DNA from: Candidatus Dojkabacteria bacterium
GTDB taxonomy: Bacteria > Patescibacteriota > Dojkabacteria > SC72
Length of the DNA stretch: 64,000 bases
Assembly: GCA_016182915.1 (NCBI GenBank)
Contig: JACPFP010000003.1
Span: 187,685-251,684 of the forward strand
Reading direction: 5' to 3'
Shown here: positions 47,579-56,837 of the stretch, one piece after another
How the letters are laid out: every line of letters begins with the position of its first letter
How positions within the stretch are numbered: the first letter of the stretch is position 1
The notes under the pieces: model-generated
Told to the model about the DNA's origin: nothing
Seen by the model: the letters and a program-made list of their open reading frames with translations, nothing else
The model's database searches: none
Made by a program: the position numbers and the translations under genes

Positions 47579-48338
47579 CTAAATGTGTATATCCACCATC
47601 CACAAAGACCCATTGTCCTGTGAAGTGGGAACTTTTATCCGAAAGCAGAAATAATGCGTAGTTAGCAATCTCTTCAGGTTGGGTTAATCTATGTCCAAGA
47701 TTTATCTTCTGCACTATGTGAGAAAGCCGTACACTCGCCGATTTATCCTGAGATATCCATTTCTGATATTGAGGAGTCATAACCTCAGCCGGAATGATAC
47801 AGTTAACATCAACGTTATATGGAGCAAGCTCTACAGCCCACTCTCTTGTCAGGGAATTGATGGCTCCTTTTGCAGCCGCATACCCTGAAGTTCCTCCTTG
47901 GCCTGTGAGAGAAACCTTCGAAGATATGTTAACTATTGAACCTTCCTCCCTTTTTATTTTCTCAATAAAGCCCTTTGTCATTTGAAAGTAGTGGGTGAGA
48001 TTCTTACAGAGTGAAGACTCGAACTGTGAAATGTCTGCATCTAACCCAACTCCATCATTTACCCCAGCATTATTAACCAAACCATAGATTTCTGGATACA
48101 GATTACATATATCCTCAATTACACTTTCTGTCATCAGATGGTCTGCCAAATCACACTTGAATACTCCTGGAGAGTTTATACCATTTAGTTCTTTTGCAAT
48201 TTTCTTTGCTTTCTTATAGTCTTTATCTACAATTACTGGTAGAGCACCCTCAGCATACAATCCGCGAACAATCGCTTCCCCAATTCCATTTGCCCCTCCT
48301 GTCACTACAATTACTTTATTTTTTATTCCTAATTTCAT
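47556..48338 (-). CDS. SDR family oxidoreductase
   Basis: VTGGANGIGEAI cofactor motif, NNAG, and YAAAK catalytic YxxxK. Confidence 0.85.
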   Translation of the reverse strand: MKLGIKNKVIVVTGGANGIGEAIVRGLYAEGALPVIVDKDYKKAKKIAKELNGINSPGVFKCDLADHLMTESVIEDICNLYPEIYGLVNNAGVNDGVGLDADISQFESSLCKNLTHYFQMTKGFIEKIKREEGSIVNISSKVSLTGQGGTSGYAAAKGAINSLTREWAVELAPYNVDVNCIIPAEVMTPQYQKWISQDKSASVRLSHIVQKINLGHRLTQPEEIANYALFLLSDKSSHFTGQWVFVDGGYTHLDDSKEYE

Positions 48339-48356
48339 ATTTTTAGGTATATATAG

Positions 48357-48505
48357 AAAAAACTCCCATTTCTGGGAGTTATAATTTTCGTTTAATTTGG
48401 TTTGGTTTAAATGAATCTTATATCTCCCAATGGTATGAACCTAAAAATAAAGGCCCAAAGGATGCAAGGAAGATATGTATGTTTAATAAACTGATTCATT
48501 GTTTT
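48357..48505 (-). other. orphan transcription unit: sigma70-like promoter (TTGACA-16-TATAAA), 30-aa hydrophobic sORF (48407..48499), terminator with conserved 3' module
   Basis: Minus-strand TTGACA is the complement of 48533-48538 and TATAAA the complement of 48511-48516. ATG at 48499 reads MNQFIKHTYLPCILWAFIFRFIPLGDIRFI. Terminator hairpin ctccca-tttc-tgggag plus T6 at 48357-48378. The AACGAA...AACTCCC..GGGAGTTTTTT module is shared with 24083-24125. Confidence 0.25.
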
Positions 48506-48620
48506 TGCATTTTATATTAGCTACCTAATACTGTCAATAGTTATCTTGTATTAATAGAGCTAATTCACGTATTTGAATAGGTAGTCTTTCAAATCTCCTT
48601 CATCATGATATTATTACCTT

Positions 48621-49556
48621 ATGGAGAAAATAATATTAATATTGATTATATTTTTTGCTGACTTCCTTATCTCTCCATTTCTAATAAAGAAACTAAGGGA
48701 TAAGGGATTCTATAAACGAAAAGATCTTCCGAAAGAGAAACAAGTTCAGAGAAACGAGAAGTACTATAAACATTTGCTTGATGATATGAGTACTCCTTCA
48801 AGTTTCGGTATTTTCTTCATCCTGAATCTTCTAGTTTCAATCTTTCTTTTTACATTTAACCCTACGACACTCTCTGTAGTAATTGGCTCAATTTTACTTG
48901 GCTCACTTGGTCTTGCAGATGATATCTATCAGTTTTTCTTCTACCAGAGGGCTGGACAATGGGGATTTAAAGCCAGGTATAAGATGGTTTTACAAGCTAT
49001 AGTCTTCTTCGTTATCACATATCTCATTTCTCAATCGTTGCTGTATTCTGTTGTACTATCACTCCTCTCAACCTTCATACTAAACTCATTTAATATTACA
49101 GATGGTCTTGACGGTCTTGCAGGAGGAATTGCAATACCTGTGTTTATACTTTTTGCATATATTGAATACTCTACCTTCGGTTTCTCCTCATTCTTCACAC
49201 TCATCCTAGTTACGGTTTCCTTTCTCCTCGTCTTTATCTTTTTCAATATTAAACCTGCAAAGGTATTTCTAGGAGATAGTGGCTCATATACAATTGGTGT
49301 AATACTCGCCTTCCTCACATTCAGATACAATCTTATGTATACCCTTCCGCTAATATCTCTCTTTCTCATAGAAGGCCTCTCGAGTTTAATTCAGATTGTG
49401 AGTATTAAAGTATTTAAGAAAAGAGTATTTAGTATTGCCCCACTACATCTTCACCTTCTAAATTCGGGTTGGTCACAGTGGAGAGTAATCAAAACTGCAT
49501 GGGTTCTTCAAATAGTGATTACTATATTAATATTTGTAATACTTCAATATGCTTGA
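48621..49556 (+). CDS. MraY/WecA family polyprenyl-phosphate N-acetylhexosamine-1-phosphate transferase (GT4 membrane family)
   Basis: About 10 TM helices and the NITDGLDGLAGG motif characteristic of MraY/WecA. Confidence 0.75.
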   Translation: MEKIILILIIFFADFLISPFLIKKLRDKGFYKRKDLPKEKQVQRNEKYYKHLLDDMSTPSSFGIFFILNLLVSIFLFTFNPTTLSVVIGSILLGSLGLADDIYQFFFYQRAGQWGFKARYKMVLQAIVFFVITYLISQSLLYSVVLSLLSTFILNSFNITDGLDGLAGGIAIPVFILFAYIEYSTFGFSSFFTLILVTVSFLLVFIFFNIKPAKVFLGDSGSYTIGVILAFLTFRYNLMYTLPLISLFLIEGLSSLIQIVSIKVFKKRVFSIAPLHLHLLNSGWSQWRVIKTAWVLQIVITILIFVILQYA

Positions 49557-50826
49557 TAAAAGGTTAAGGAAAATTGTAAAGGAATTATACGCAATTCCGA
49601 ACGCTCCATACTCATTAAAACTAAGATCTGAGTATATAAAACTGAAAATTAAAGATGCCGGCTTAGAGTATAAGGAGACTCCATACTACATCAGTGCAAA
49701 ACTAAATCATGGAGAGGATAGGAGGAAAAAGATCTTGTTCATTTCGCATCTAGATCACCCAGGATTTGTTTTTAAAGATAGTAAAGAAGGAATAGCTTTC
49801 GGATCACTGTACCTAGATAGATTGAAAAATCTTAAACCCTTAAATATATACTCACCAGAAGGAAAATACCTTGGTGATGCTGAGATATCAAAGGTCTATG
49901 GTAGAGATGAGAGCAAGGTATTAATTAATGCCGATTTCAATATTCCAAAGAACTCCCAAGGACTGTGGGATGTGGGGGATGTAACTTTCGATGAGATTAA
50001 TATATCAGGAAGAAGTCACGACAACGATATCGCAACCGCAATCCTTCTTAACAATATGAAGCGTATCGAATCACATGATTTCGATATTATCTTCCTTTTC
50101 ACAAAACACGAAGAGGTTCTTCAACAGAGTTCATTCCATATATCGAAGAAGAACTCTTTGAAACTTACCGGTGAGGATATCGTTATCAATTTAGAATCTA
50201 TGAAGGTGTATCCAACGACTGACGATCCTCAATATTCAAGTTTAGGATATGAGAATGGGCTTGTTCTAAATGTATCAGAGACTACCTGTATATACTCATC
50301 AAAAGGAGATATTTCAAATCTCTCAGAAAGTTTAATAAACAATATTGTTGAAGGGACAGGACTGAATATACAAAGGGGAATGGCTGGGGGAACGAGCGAT
50401 GCAAGGCCACTAGCTATACATGGTCTAACAAACAACCTTGTCACGTTAAACGTTCCTAATGAGTTTAAACATAATAGTGATGGGATTAATGTAACAGCTG
50501 AGAGGGTTAAAATCCATGATGTTATATCAGTAGATATTATAATCAGGAGCATTCTGGAAACTCCTACACTTCCTTTAGAACCTAACTCGAAGGATATCTC
50601 AAAGGATATTGTAAAAATATATCCAAATTTCAATACCCAAACCTCTCAGTCGTATATAAGAATTAATAGTAGATTAGATTATGCCTTTAGAGATGTAGTT
50701 AAAAGAGGATACTACTTTCCACAATCGATATTAGATACTTTAAGAGATCTATATTGGAAAGTAATTTCATATATAGACTACTTTGTTTCGGGTAAAGGTA
50801 CGAACTCAACGGTTTCTAAAGAATAG
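49549..50826 (+). CDS. M42-like peptidase domain protein with C-terminal extension
   Basis: ISHLDHPGFVF, GRSHDNDIATAILLN and IIFLFTKHEEV match M42 (FrvX/aminopeptidase) blocks H.DE.GF, sRA.DDR.G and F..QEE. The start overlaps the MraY-like stop by 8 nt. Confidence 0.5.
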   Translation: MLDKRLRKIVKELYAIPNAPYSLKLRSEYIKLKIKDAGLEYKETPYYISAKLNHGEDRRKKILFISHLDHPGFVFKDSKEGIAFGSLYLDRLKNLKPLNIYSPEGKYLGDAEISKVYGRDESKVLINADFNIPKNSQGLWDVGDVTFDEINISGRSHDNDIATAILLNNMKRIESHDFDIIFLFTKHEEVLQQSSFHISKKNSLKLTGEDIVINLESMKVYPTTDDPQYSSLGYENGLVLNVSETTCIYSSKGDISNLSESLINNIVEGTGLNIQRGMAGGTSDARPLAIHGLTNNLVTLNVPNEFKHNSDGINVTAERVKIHDVISVDIIIRSILETPTLPLEPNSKDISKDIVKIYPNFNTQTSQSYIRINSRLDYAFRDVVKRGYYFPQSILDTLRDLYWKVISYIDYFVSGKGTNSTVSKE

Positions 50827-50843
50827 TTAATAAAGAAAATATA

Positions 50844-51611
50844 ATGAAGAGTTTCTCAATAAATGATACAGGGCGTGAAGAGAGTATTAATTGCATACTA
50901 TTAGAACAGAATTCCAAAGATTTAATTATATTCATTGGTGGTGATGGTGATACGAAAGATACGTACCTTGAACTTGGAAAGAAGATCTCTGATAGTTTAA
51001 AACAAGATTTGCTACTTTTTTCATTCAGAGGAAGAGAAAGTGGGAAGAGTGATACCCCAACACAGTTGATATCTGACCTTGAAGAGTTAGTCGCATACAT
51101 AAATAGAACTTATAGATATAATTCAATCTCACTCATTTCTACAAGTAGCGGATCGATTCCAATGACTTATGTTTTGGCAAATCAGTCTTTAAGTAAACAC
51201 TTTAAGCAGGCAGTATATCTTGACCCTGCTGATTACTATACAACTCAGGAAGGTCTGAGTATTCATCCTGACACATGGACTGGTATAGAAGAGTATAACC
51301 CGAGGTACGAGACTGTGAGTACTATGATGAAACAGATTAGCTCGGGAGTTAAAGTTTATGTTGTAAATTTCACAATCAGAAATACTGAAGGGGATCGTTA
51401 TGTGGAAGTAGAGCGAAGAGGGCTAGATAATCCAAACAAATATACAAGATTAAATAATGATATGGTTAAGAGCTTCTACAGTAATACTCCTGAAAGAAAC
51501 AGAGGTGAATATATAGAGGAGAGTACACTTCCTCATGCTTTTGAAAGAGATGGAAATATCTCAAAGAATGAGGAGAAGATTCTAGAGATTTTAAAACTTA
51601 CTTGTAAGTAG
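50844..51611 (+). CDS. hypothetical protein (possible alpha/beta-hydrolase fold)
   Basis: IIFIGGDGDT and STSSGS are weak hydrolase-like hints only. Confidence 0.3.
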   Translation: MKSFSINDTGREESINCILLEQNSKDLIIFIGGDGDTKDTYLELGKKISDSLKQDLLLFSFRGRESGKSDTPTQLISDLEELVAYINRTYRYNSISLISTSSGSIPMTYVLANQSLSKHFKQAVYLDPADYYTTQEGLSIHPDTWTGIEEYNPRYETVSTMMKQISSGVKVYVVNFTIRNTEGDRYVEVERRGLDNPNKYTRLNNDMVKSFYSNTPERNRGEYIEESTLPHAFERDGNISKNEEKILEILKLTCK

Positions 51612-52974
51612 CAATAACTTTAATTTCAGTAAGTTCTCTCAGTCCCCATCGACCATGCTCACGTCCAATTCCAGACATTTTACAACCACCAAATGGATCA
51701 TCAGGTACTACATAGAAAGCCCCATTCACACTTACCATACCAGTTTTAATATCTCTAGCACATTTTTCACCAAGTTCCTTGTTCCCAGTGAACACATAGC
51801 CTCCCAAACCATAAGGAGTGTCATTAGCAAGTTGAATTGCCTCTTCATACGTTTTAAATGTTAGGACTGGTAGTACTGGACCGAAAACTTCTTCAGACCA
51901 AACTCGCATATCTGTAGTTACATTTCGAAGAATGGTTGGCATGTAGTATGCTCCTTCCATGTTCTCACTCCTACCCCCTCCAATAACTACCTCCACACCT
52001 TTCTCTACTGCGTCTTTCATTTGAGCATCGAGAAGTACAGCCTGCCTTTCCGCAACCAAAGGTCCAATATTGGTATCTTCATCAAGAGGGTTTTCAACTT
52101 TGATTGACTGAAGTTTTGCTTTCATTTTAGAGGTAAATTCGTCTACAACGGATTCATGTACAATCATTCTCTTTAATCCATCACATATCTGCCCACAGTT
52201 TCCAAATCTGTTAATGAAAACTGTTTCGACAGCATTATCAAGATCCACATCTTCAAAACATACTCCTGGTGCTGACCCACCTAACTCTAGAAGAACTTTA
52301 AGCATCTTTTCTGCTCCAACTTTGTAAAGATACTGTCCTGTTTTAGTACTTCCTGTAAAGCAGATTAAATCAATGTCAGAATGGACAAGTTGATCTCCTG
52401 TCTCTCCTGCCCCAAAGATGATATTGAATACCCCATTAGGCAATCCGACAGCAGAGGTAATATCTTCGTACATTTTAGAGGTTACAACAACTTCTTCAGA
52501 ATGTTTGAATACAACGGTATTCCCTACCATAAGGTTTGGAATAGCTCCCCAGATTAGGTTGGAGAATGGGAAATTCCAAGGCATAATCACTGCAGCAACT
52601 CCGATTGGTTCGTAATATACCTTATGGATTTCAGTCTCATTTTCAAAGCTCACCTCAGGTGATAGGTATTTTGATGCATTATCTAGATACCATCTAAAGT
52701 AGTTAAGACCTGAATCCAAATCAACTTTACTTTCTTCAATTGGCATCCCCATCTCTTTTGATTCCAAATGTGCAAGCTCTTCCTTCTTCTCCTCAAATGC
52801 ACTATATAGCTTTTCCAGGTATTCTTTCCTTTCTTCAACAGTCAGTTTGGACCATTGTTCAAAGCTTTCTTTTGCAGTTGAAACGATTTCTTTTATCCTT
52901 GATTCAGAAGTTATCTCAATCTCACCTACGACTCCTAATGACTTATCCGGGCTAGTAGAAGTTATTTTTGACAT
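51598..52974 (-). CDS. NAD(P)-dependent aldehyde dehydrogenase
   Basis: LELGGSAP (Glu motif), NCGQICDG (catalytic Cys motif), GxxxxG NAD-binding, full ALDH length. Confidence 0.9.
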   Translation of the reverse strand: MSKITSTSPDKSLGVVGEIEITSESRIKEIVSTAKESFEQWSKLTVEERKEYLEKLYSAFEEKKEELAHLESKEMGMPIEESKVDLDSGLNYFRWYLDNASKYLSPEVSFENETEIHKVYYEPIGVAAVIMPWNFPFSNLIWGAIPNLMVGNTVVFKHSEEVVVTSKMYEDITSAVGLPNGVFNIIFGAGETGDQLVHSDIDLICFTGSTKTGQYLYKVGAEKMLKVLLELGGSAPGVCFEDVDLDNAVETVFINRFGNCGQICDGLKRMIVHESVVDEFTSKMKAKLQSIKVENPLDEDTNIGPLVAERQAVLLDAQMKDAVEKGVEVVIGGGRSENMEGAYYMPTILRNVTTDMRVWSEEVFGPVLPVLTFKTYEEAIQLANDTPYGLGGYVFTGNKELGEKCARDIKTGMVSVNGAFYVVPDDPFGGCKMSGIGREHGRWGLRELTEIKVIATYK

Positions 52975-53102
52975 AGAATGAGTAGTAATATTATTGTTCT
53001 AAGTTTACTTCATAATTCGTATATCTTCAATTGGATTGAACCAAAATATTATTATACTAACAATCTTCCCATATTTAGCGTATAGTGTAGGGTAAATTAA
53101 AA

Positions 53103-53732
53103 GTGAAAATAATGGGAAGATTCAATAACGATAGAAACAATGGGAGAAGAGATGGTGGATATAACAGAGATAGATCTGAAAAACCAACTATGTACGATGC
53201 AGTATGTGATAACTGTGGAAATGACTGTAAAGTACCGTTTAGACCAACTGCAGGTAAACCAATATACTGTAGTAATTGTTTCGAAAAATTAGGAAATTCA
53301 ACAAATGACAGATATGAAAGAAACGATAGATATGAGAGGAATGATAGACGAGAGTCTAGAGATTCTGACACAAGAGTAATGTACGATGCAGTATGCGATG
53401 ATTGTGGTAGAGCCTGTAAACTTCCTTTCAAACCAAGTGAAGGAAAAGCAATATTCTGTAGCAGATGTTTTGAAAAGAGAGGAAATACACATGAGGGAGT
53501 TAAGGATGTTAAAAGCTATACCCCTATTGTCAAAGCTGATAACAGTGCAAAGATACTAAGAGAATTAGGTGAGAAATTAGATAGAATAATCAAACTTCTT
53601 GAAACGAAAGCCGTTGTAGAAACAGTAGTAGAAGTAAAGACTCCTGTTAAGAAAAAGGTTGAGACAAAGAAAGTAGAGATTAAACCTAAGAAAGTTGCTA
53701 AAAAGGCAGTAAAGAAGACACCAAAAGAGTAA
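53103..53732 (+). CDS. double zinc-ribbon protein with Lys-rich C-terminal tail (possible nucleic-acid-binding protein)
   Basis: Two copies of MYDAVCDxCGxxCKxPFxPxxGKxIxCSxCFEK, an RG/N-rich N-terminus, a DRYERN x2 repeat, and tail KTPVKKKVETKKVEIKPKKVAKKAVKKTPKE. Confidence 0.5.
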   Translation: MKIMGRFNNDRNNGRRDGGYNRDRSEKPTMYDAVCDNCGNDCKVPFRPTAGKPIYCSNCFEKLGNSTNDRYERNDRYERNDRRESRDSDTRVMYDAVCDDCGRACKLPFKPSEGKAIFCSRCFEKRGNTHEGVKDVKSYTPIVKADNSAKILRELGEKLDRIIKLLETKAVVETVVEVKTPVKKKVETKKVEIKPKKVAKKAVKKTPKE

Positions 53733-53769
53733 GATAGAACTTTCTTTCCCAATGTATTAGAATCATCTT

Positions 53770-54363
53770 ATGGCACTAACCATAAGTGATATTGCAAACA
53801 ATCCTCCTCTACTTAGATATGAAATCCCATTAAACAACAGTAAGGTTGCGATATTTAGACCTTTAGAACAAGGTGACACGGAGGTATTATCCACTTTTCT
53901 AGAATCACTCTCCCCTACTACGCAAAGATACTACACATTAGACAGTTTCGATTTAGTAACTGCTCAACAGATGTGTAATGATATAAACAAGTATGACAAA
54001 GTTAGATTCATAACGATAGTTGATGATGAAGTATTGGCTTTAGTTGAATTCAGTATGGATTTAGTTCAGAAAGATATAGATAGGTTCAAAGGATATAACA
54101 TTAAACTCAAGCAAGGAGAAGACTGCAGGTTCGGCCCATGCGTTTCCGATAATCATCAAGGAACTGGATTAGGTTCTAAGATTTTTCCATATATTGTAAA
54201 AGTAGCAAAGGAGATGGGACAGAAAAGAGTTATCCTATGGGGAGGAGTTTTTGCAGACAACGAAAAAGCAATTAAGTACTACATTAGGAATGGATTTAAG
54301 GAACTAGGTAGATTTAAATATGATGAGAACTATGATTGTATAGATATGATTCTAGAACTATAA
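53770..54363 (+). CDS. GNAT family N-acetyltransferase
   Basis: HQGTGLGSKIF acetyl-CoA-binding motif (Q/R-x-x-G-x-G/A). Confidence 0.75.
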   Translation: MALTISDIANNPPLLRYEIPLNNSKVAIFRPLEQGDTEVLSTFLESLSPTTQRYYTLDSFDLVTAQQMCNDINKYDKVRFITIVDDEVLALVEFSMDLVQKDIDRFKGYNIKLKQGEDCRFGPCVSDNHQGTGLGSKIFPYIVKVAKEMGQKRVILWGGVFADNEKAIKYYIRNGFKELGRFKYDENYDCIDMILEL

Positions 54364-54429
54364 CTCTATTGAGTATCTCAATACCCAATGATACTATGAA
54401 TATATATTAATTATATACCTTGATTACAT

Positions 54430-54696
54430 ATGAAATATATCCATCTGTTACTCTTCCCACTAGGTTTTTTTATATATTCATTTGTAATGGATAAATCTGC
54501 AGAGAACTTCTATGACCTCGTTGCAATTATCTGGGGAACAATCGGCGTAGTCGGTTCAATTCTCTCGATTGTAATCTACAACCTAACAAGAAAGTATAAT
54601 AAGGAGGATAAATGGTATATTAATGTTCTAATTGGACTTGGAGGTTGTATATTAGCCTTCCTGTTACTAATGGTATATTCAAGAATCAACGGATAG
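54430..54696 (+). CDS. small membrane protein (2-3 TM)
   Basis: 88-aa hydrophobic ORF. Confidence 0.35.
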   Translation: MKYIHLLLFPLGFFIYSFVMDKSAENFYDLVAIIWGTIGVVGSILSIVIYNLTRKYNKEDKWYINVLIGLGGCILAFLLLMVYSRING

Positions 54697-54706
54697 ATAA
54701 ATATAA

Positions 54707-55294
54707 ATGGAAAGTAATCTCCTAGAACTCTCCAATACAAAATACAAAGTCGCAAATGAGATTCTCAGATCAACTGGTGTTGTGGAGACCTTTTCAAAGT
54801 TAGGGACGGTTGAGATTGTAGGAAGTGTAAAACTAAACCTCATGTTCAGAAACGATATAGATCTCCTTGTAATAGCAGATGAGATTAGTAGAGAGAAGGC
54901 AATTGCTGTAACAACTGAGCTCCTACATAATCCTCAATTCCAAACCGTAGGATTTGCAGATTACCAATCCCATCATGAAGAAGGCTATACCAACGGATAC
55001 TACTGGGAACTAATTGTTATACATGAGAATGAATCATGGAAATTCGATATCTGGTACTCAACTCCTAATGAAGAATATATTAAAGATGTTCTAGCTATAA
55101 CCCCAAGATTTCTTGACCTTCTGGAAAAGAACCCCGAGAAGCGAGAGCTAATATTAAAGATAAAGAATGAATATTCTGATGGAATTAAATATAGGAATAA
55201 TGTTAACAGCATAGACATATATAAGGCTGTACTAGACTACAATGTATCTACAGTAGGACAATTTCAAGACCACATAACAAATCTTTTCGCTTAA
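54707..55294 (+). CDS. nucleotidyltransferase-fold (Pol-beta superfamily) protein
   Basis: GSVKLNLMFRNDIDLLV matches the minimal NTase motif hG[GS]x9-13Dh[DE]h. Confidence 0.5.
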   Translation: MESNLLELSNTKYKVANEILRSTGVVETFSKLGTVEIVGSVKLNLMFRNDIDLLVIADEISREKAIAVTTELLHNPQFQTVGFADYQSHHEEGYTNGYYWELIVIHENESWKFDIWYSTPNEEYIKDVLAITPRFLDLLEKNPEKRELILKIKNEYSDGIKYRNNVNSIDIYKAVLDYNVSTVGQFQDHITNLFA

Positions 55295-55331
55295 GTGCTA
55301 CAATTCTAATATTAAATTAATATTAAGAATT

Positions 55332-55511
55332 ATGAGAGAAAAATTCAGAGACGGAGCAACAAATGCTGGATACGGGTTGGGCTTCCTAGGTGCCCTCATA
55401 TATTTTTTAACAAGTGCAACATCGTTTTGGATGGGAGTTTTGGGAATTTTCAAGGCAATGGTATGGCCAGGAATATTAGTCTATGAACTTTTGAAATTTC
55501 TAATAGGATAG
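55332..55511 (+). CDS. small membrane protein (59 aa; below ORF-track size cutoff)
   Basis: ATG 55332, stop 55509-55511. MREKFRDGATNAGYGLGFLGALIYFLTSATSFWMGVLGIFKAMVWPGILVYELLKFLIG, two hydrophobic helices. Confidence 0.3.
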   Translation: MREKFRDGATNAGYGLGFLGALIYFLTSATSFWMGVLGIFKAMVWPGILVYELLKFLIG

Positions 55512-55573
55512 AGATTTACTTATTCGTCTCATTCCATTATAATTGGACATCACGATGAGAGGACTACCAAAGG

Positions 55574-56116
55574 TTAACCTTGTTTACCGCGGGAATGCCT
55601 CTCATTTTCTTTCTCTATACCCAGTTTATCCTTTAATGAATATACATCTGTGATGTATGGGGCATACTTACGTAGCAATGAGGAGTACCTATTGTTTGGT
55701 GTAATTATCTTTTTCAACTTCTTAATCTTCTCTAGATACTCAATTAGACAGTAGAAATCACCATCACCAGAGACTATGACCGCCGATTCGTAGTTTGGCA
55801 GTTCAATCATAGTATGAAGAACGAGTTCTGCATCAACATTCCCTTTATATGTAACCTTCTCACCTGTTTTTATACCCAAAACATTTTTGAAGATTAGTAT
55901 ATATCCAGCTTCTTGAAGTTCTCGATATAGACTTGCGTTACTTTCTATAAAACCAATAAATAGGAAGGCTTTGCTCACCTTATACTTATTTCTCAAAAAT
56001 AGTCTAAACTTTCCCCAATCTAATCTCCAACCTTTTTTCCTAACTCCAAGGTTAAGGTTCTGACTATCCACAAATGCGTAATTGGAAATACTTTTTTCTT
56101 TTAATTCGGTTTTCAT
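55574..56116 (-). CDS. NYN (LabA-like) domain protein, paralog 2
   Basis: AFVDSQNLNLG and SGDGDF motifs. Aligns with 4981..5514 along its length. Confidence 0.7.
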   Translation of the reverse strand: MKTELKEKSISNYAFVDSQNLNLGVRKKGWRLDWGKFRLFLRNKYKVSKAFLFIGFIESNASLYRELQEAGYILIFKNVLGIKTGEKVTYKGNVDAELVLHTMIELPNYESAVIVSGDGDFYCLIEYLEKIKKLKKIITPNNRYSSLLRKYAPYITDVYSLKDKLGIEKENERHSRGKQG

Positions 56117-56171
56117 ACAATCATTCTATATTAATACGCATTGGTTTGGAATATAGGAGAAGGTATTCAGA

Positions 56172-56771
56172 CTAGTTCAAATACTTTGCCTTGAGATTAC
56201 GGAGCAACTGCTGAGCCTTAGCTTTAGTGGAGTTAAAATATAGGAAGCCCTCATCAGCGAGTTTCTTCTCTAAATATGAAATTTCGATATCAAACGGCAG
56301 ACCTGAATTTTGGTTGTCATTTAGGAAACCATAATCATCAAACCTCCAAAGCTTGTCAGCATCTCTCATAGCCCCTTCATTATCACTTATGAATCCAGTC
56401 CTTGTATCGTGTTGAGAAACTATTTCCAAAATCTCTTCAACATACTCCTTTTCATGACCGACATCATTTAATATCCCCCTTGCTAAACTAACAGACTCTT
56501 TTTGATGTTTCTCTCTTATTCTTGTCCTCTCCTTCTGTGGTACTCCATATTTAAAAACAGACATTCTCTCTTCTAAGGGAAGTTTGCTCCAACCAATATC
56601 ATGAAGAATTGCGGATGGGACTACAATATCGGGATTGCATTTTTCCTGTTCGCAGATATCCTGAGCATACAGAGATACTATATATGCATGTCCTTTGTCA
56701 TTTCTAGTATCTTGATATTGAAAAGCTGCTTTCCACAAATCCAAATATTTATCATTAAGAGTATATTTCAT
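56172..56771 (-). CDS. HD-domain protein
   Basis: GHAYIVSLYA...SAILHDIGW (H...HD). Confidence 0.65.
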   Translation of the reverse strand: MKYTLNDKYLDLWKAAFQYQDTRNDKGHAYIVSLYAQDICEQEKCNPDIVVPSAILHDIGWSKLPLEERMSVFKYGVPQKERTRIREKHQKESVSLARGILNDVGHEKEYVEEILEIVSQHDTRTGFISDNEGAMRDADKLWRFDDYGFLNDNQNSGLPFDIEISYLEKKLADEGFLYFNSTKAKAQQLLRNLKAKYLN

Positions 56772-56837
56772 GTTTGATTATAACAAGGGAAGTACCCTGA
56801 GGAAAGTTTATATCATTTTGAATTATCTATTCCCCAC

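Noticed and set aside
53075-53431. Minus-strand ORF with SFLSYLSFLSYLSF repeats
   Set aside because: It is the reverse strand of the internally duplicated zinc-ribbon gene. The repeat is a by-product of the DRYERN/CxxC duplications on the coding strand.
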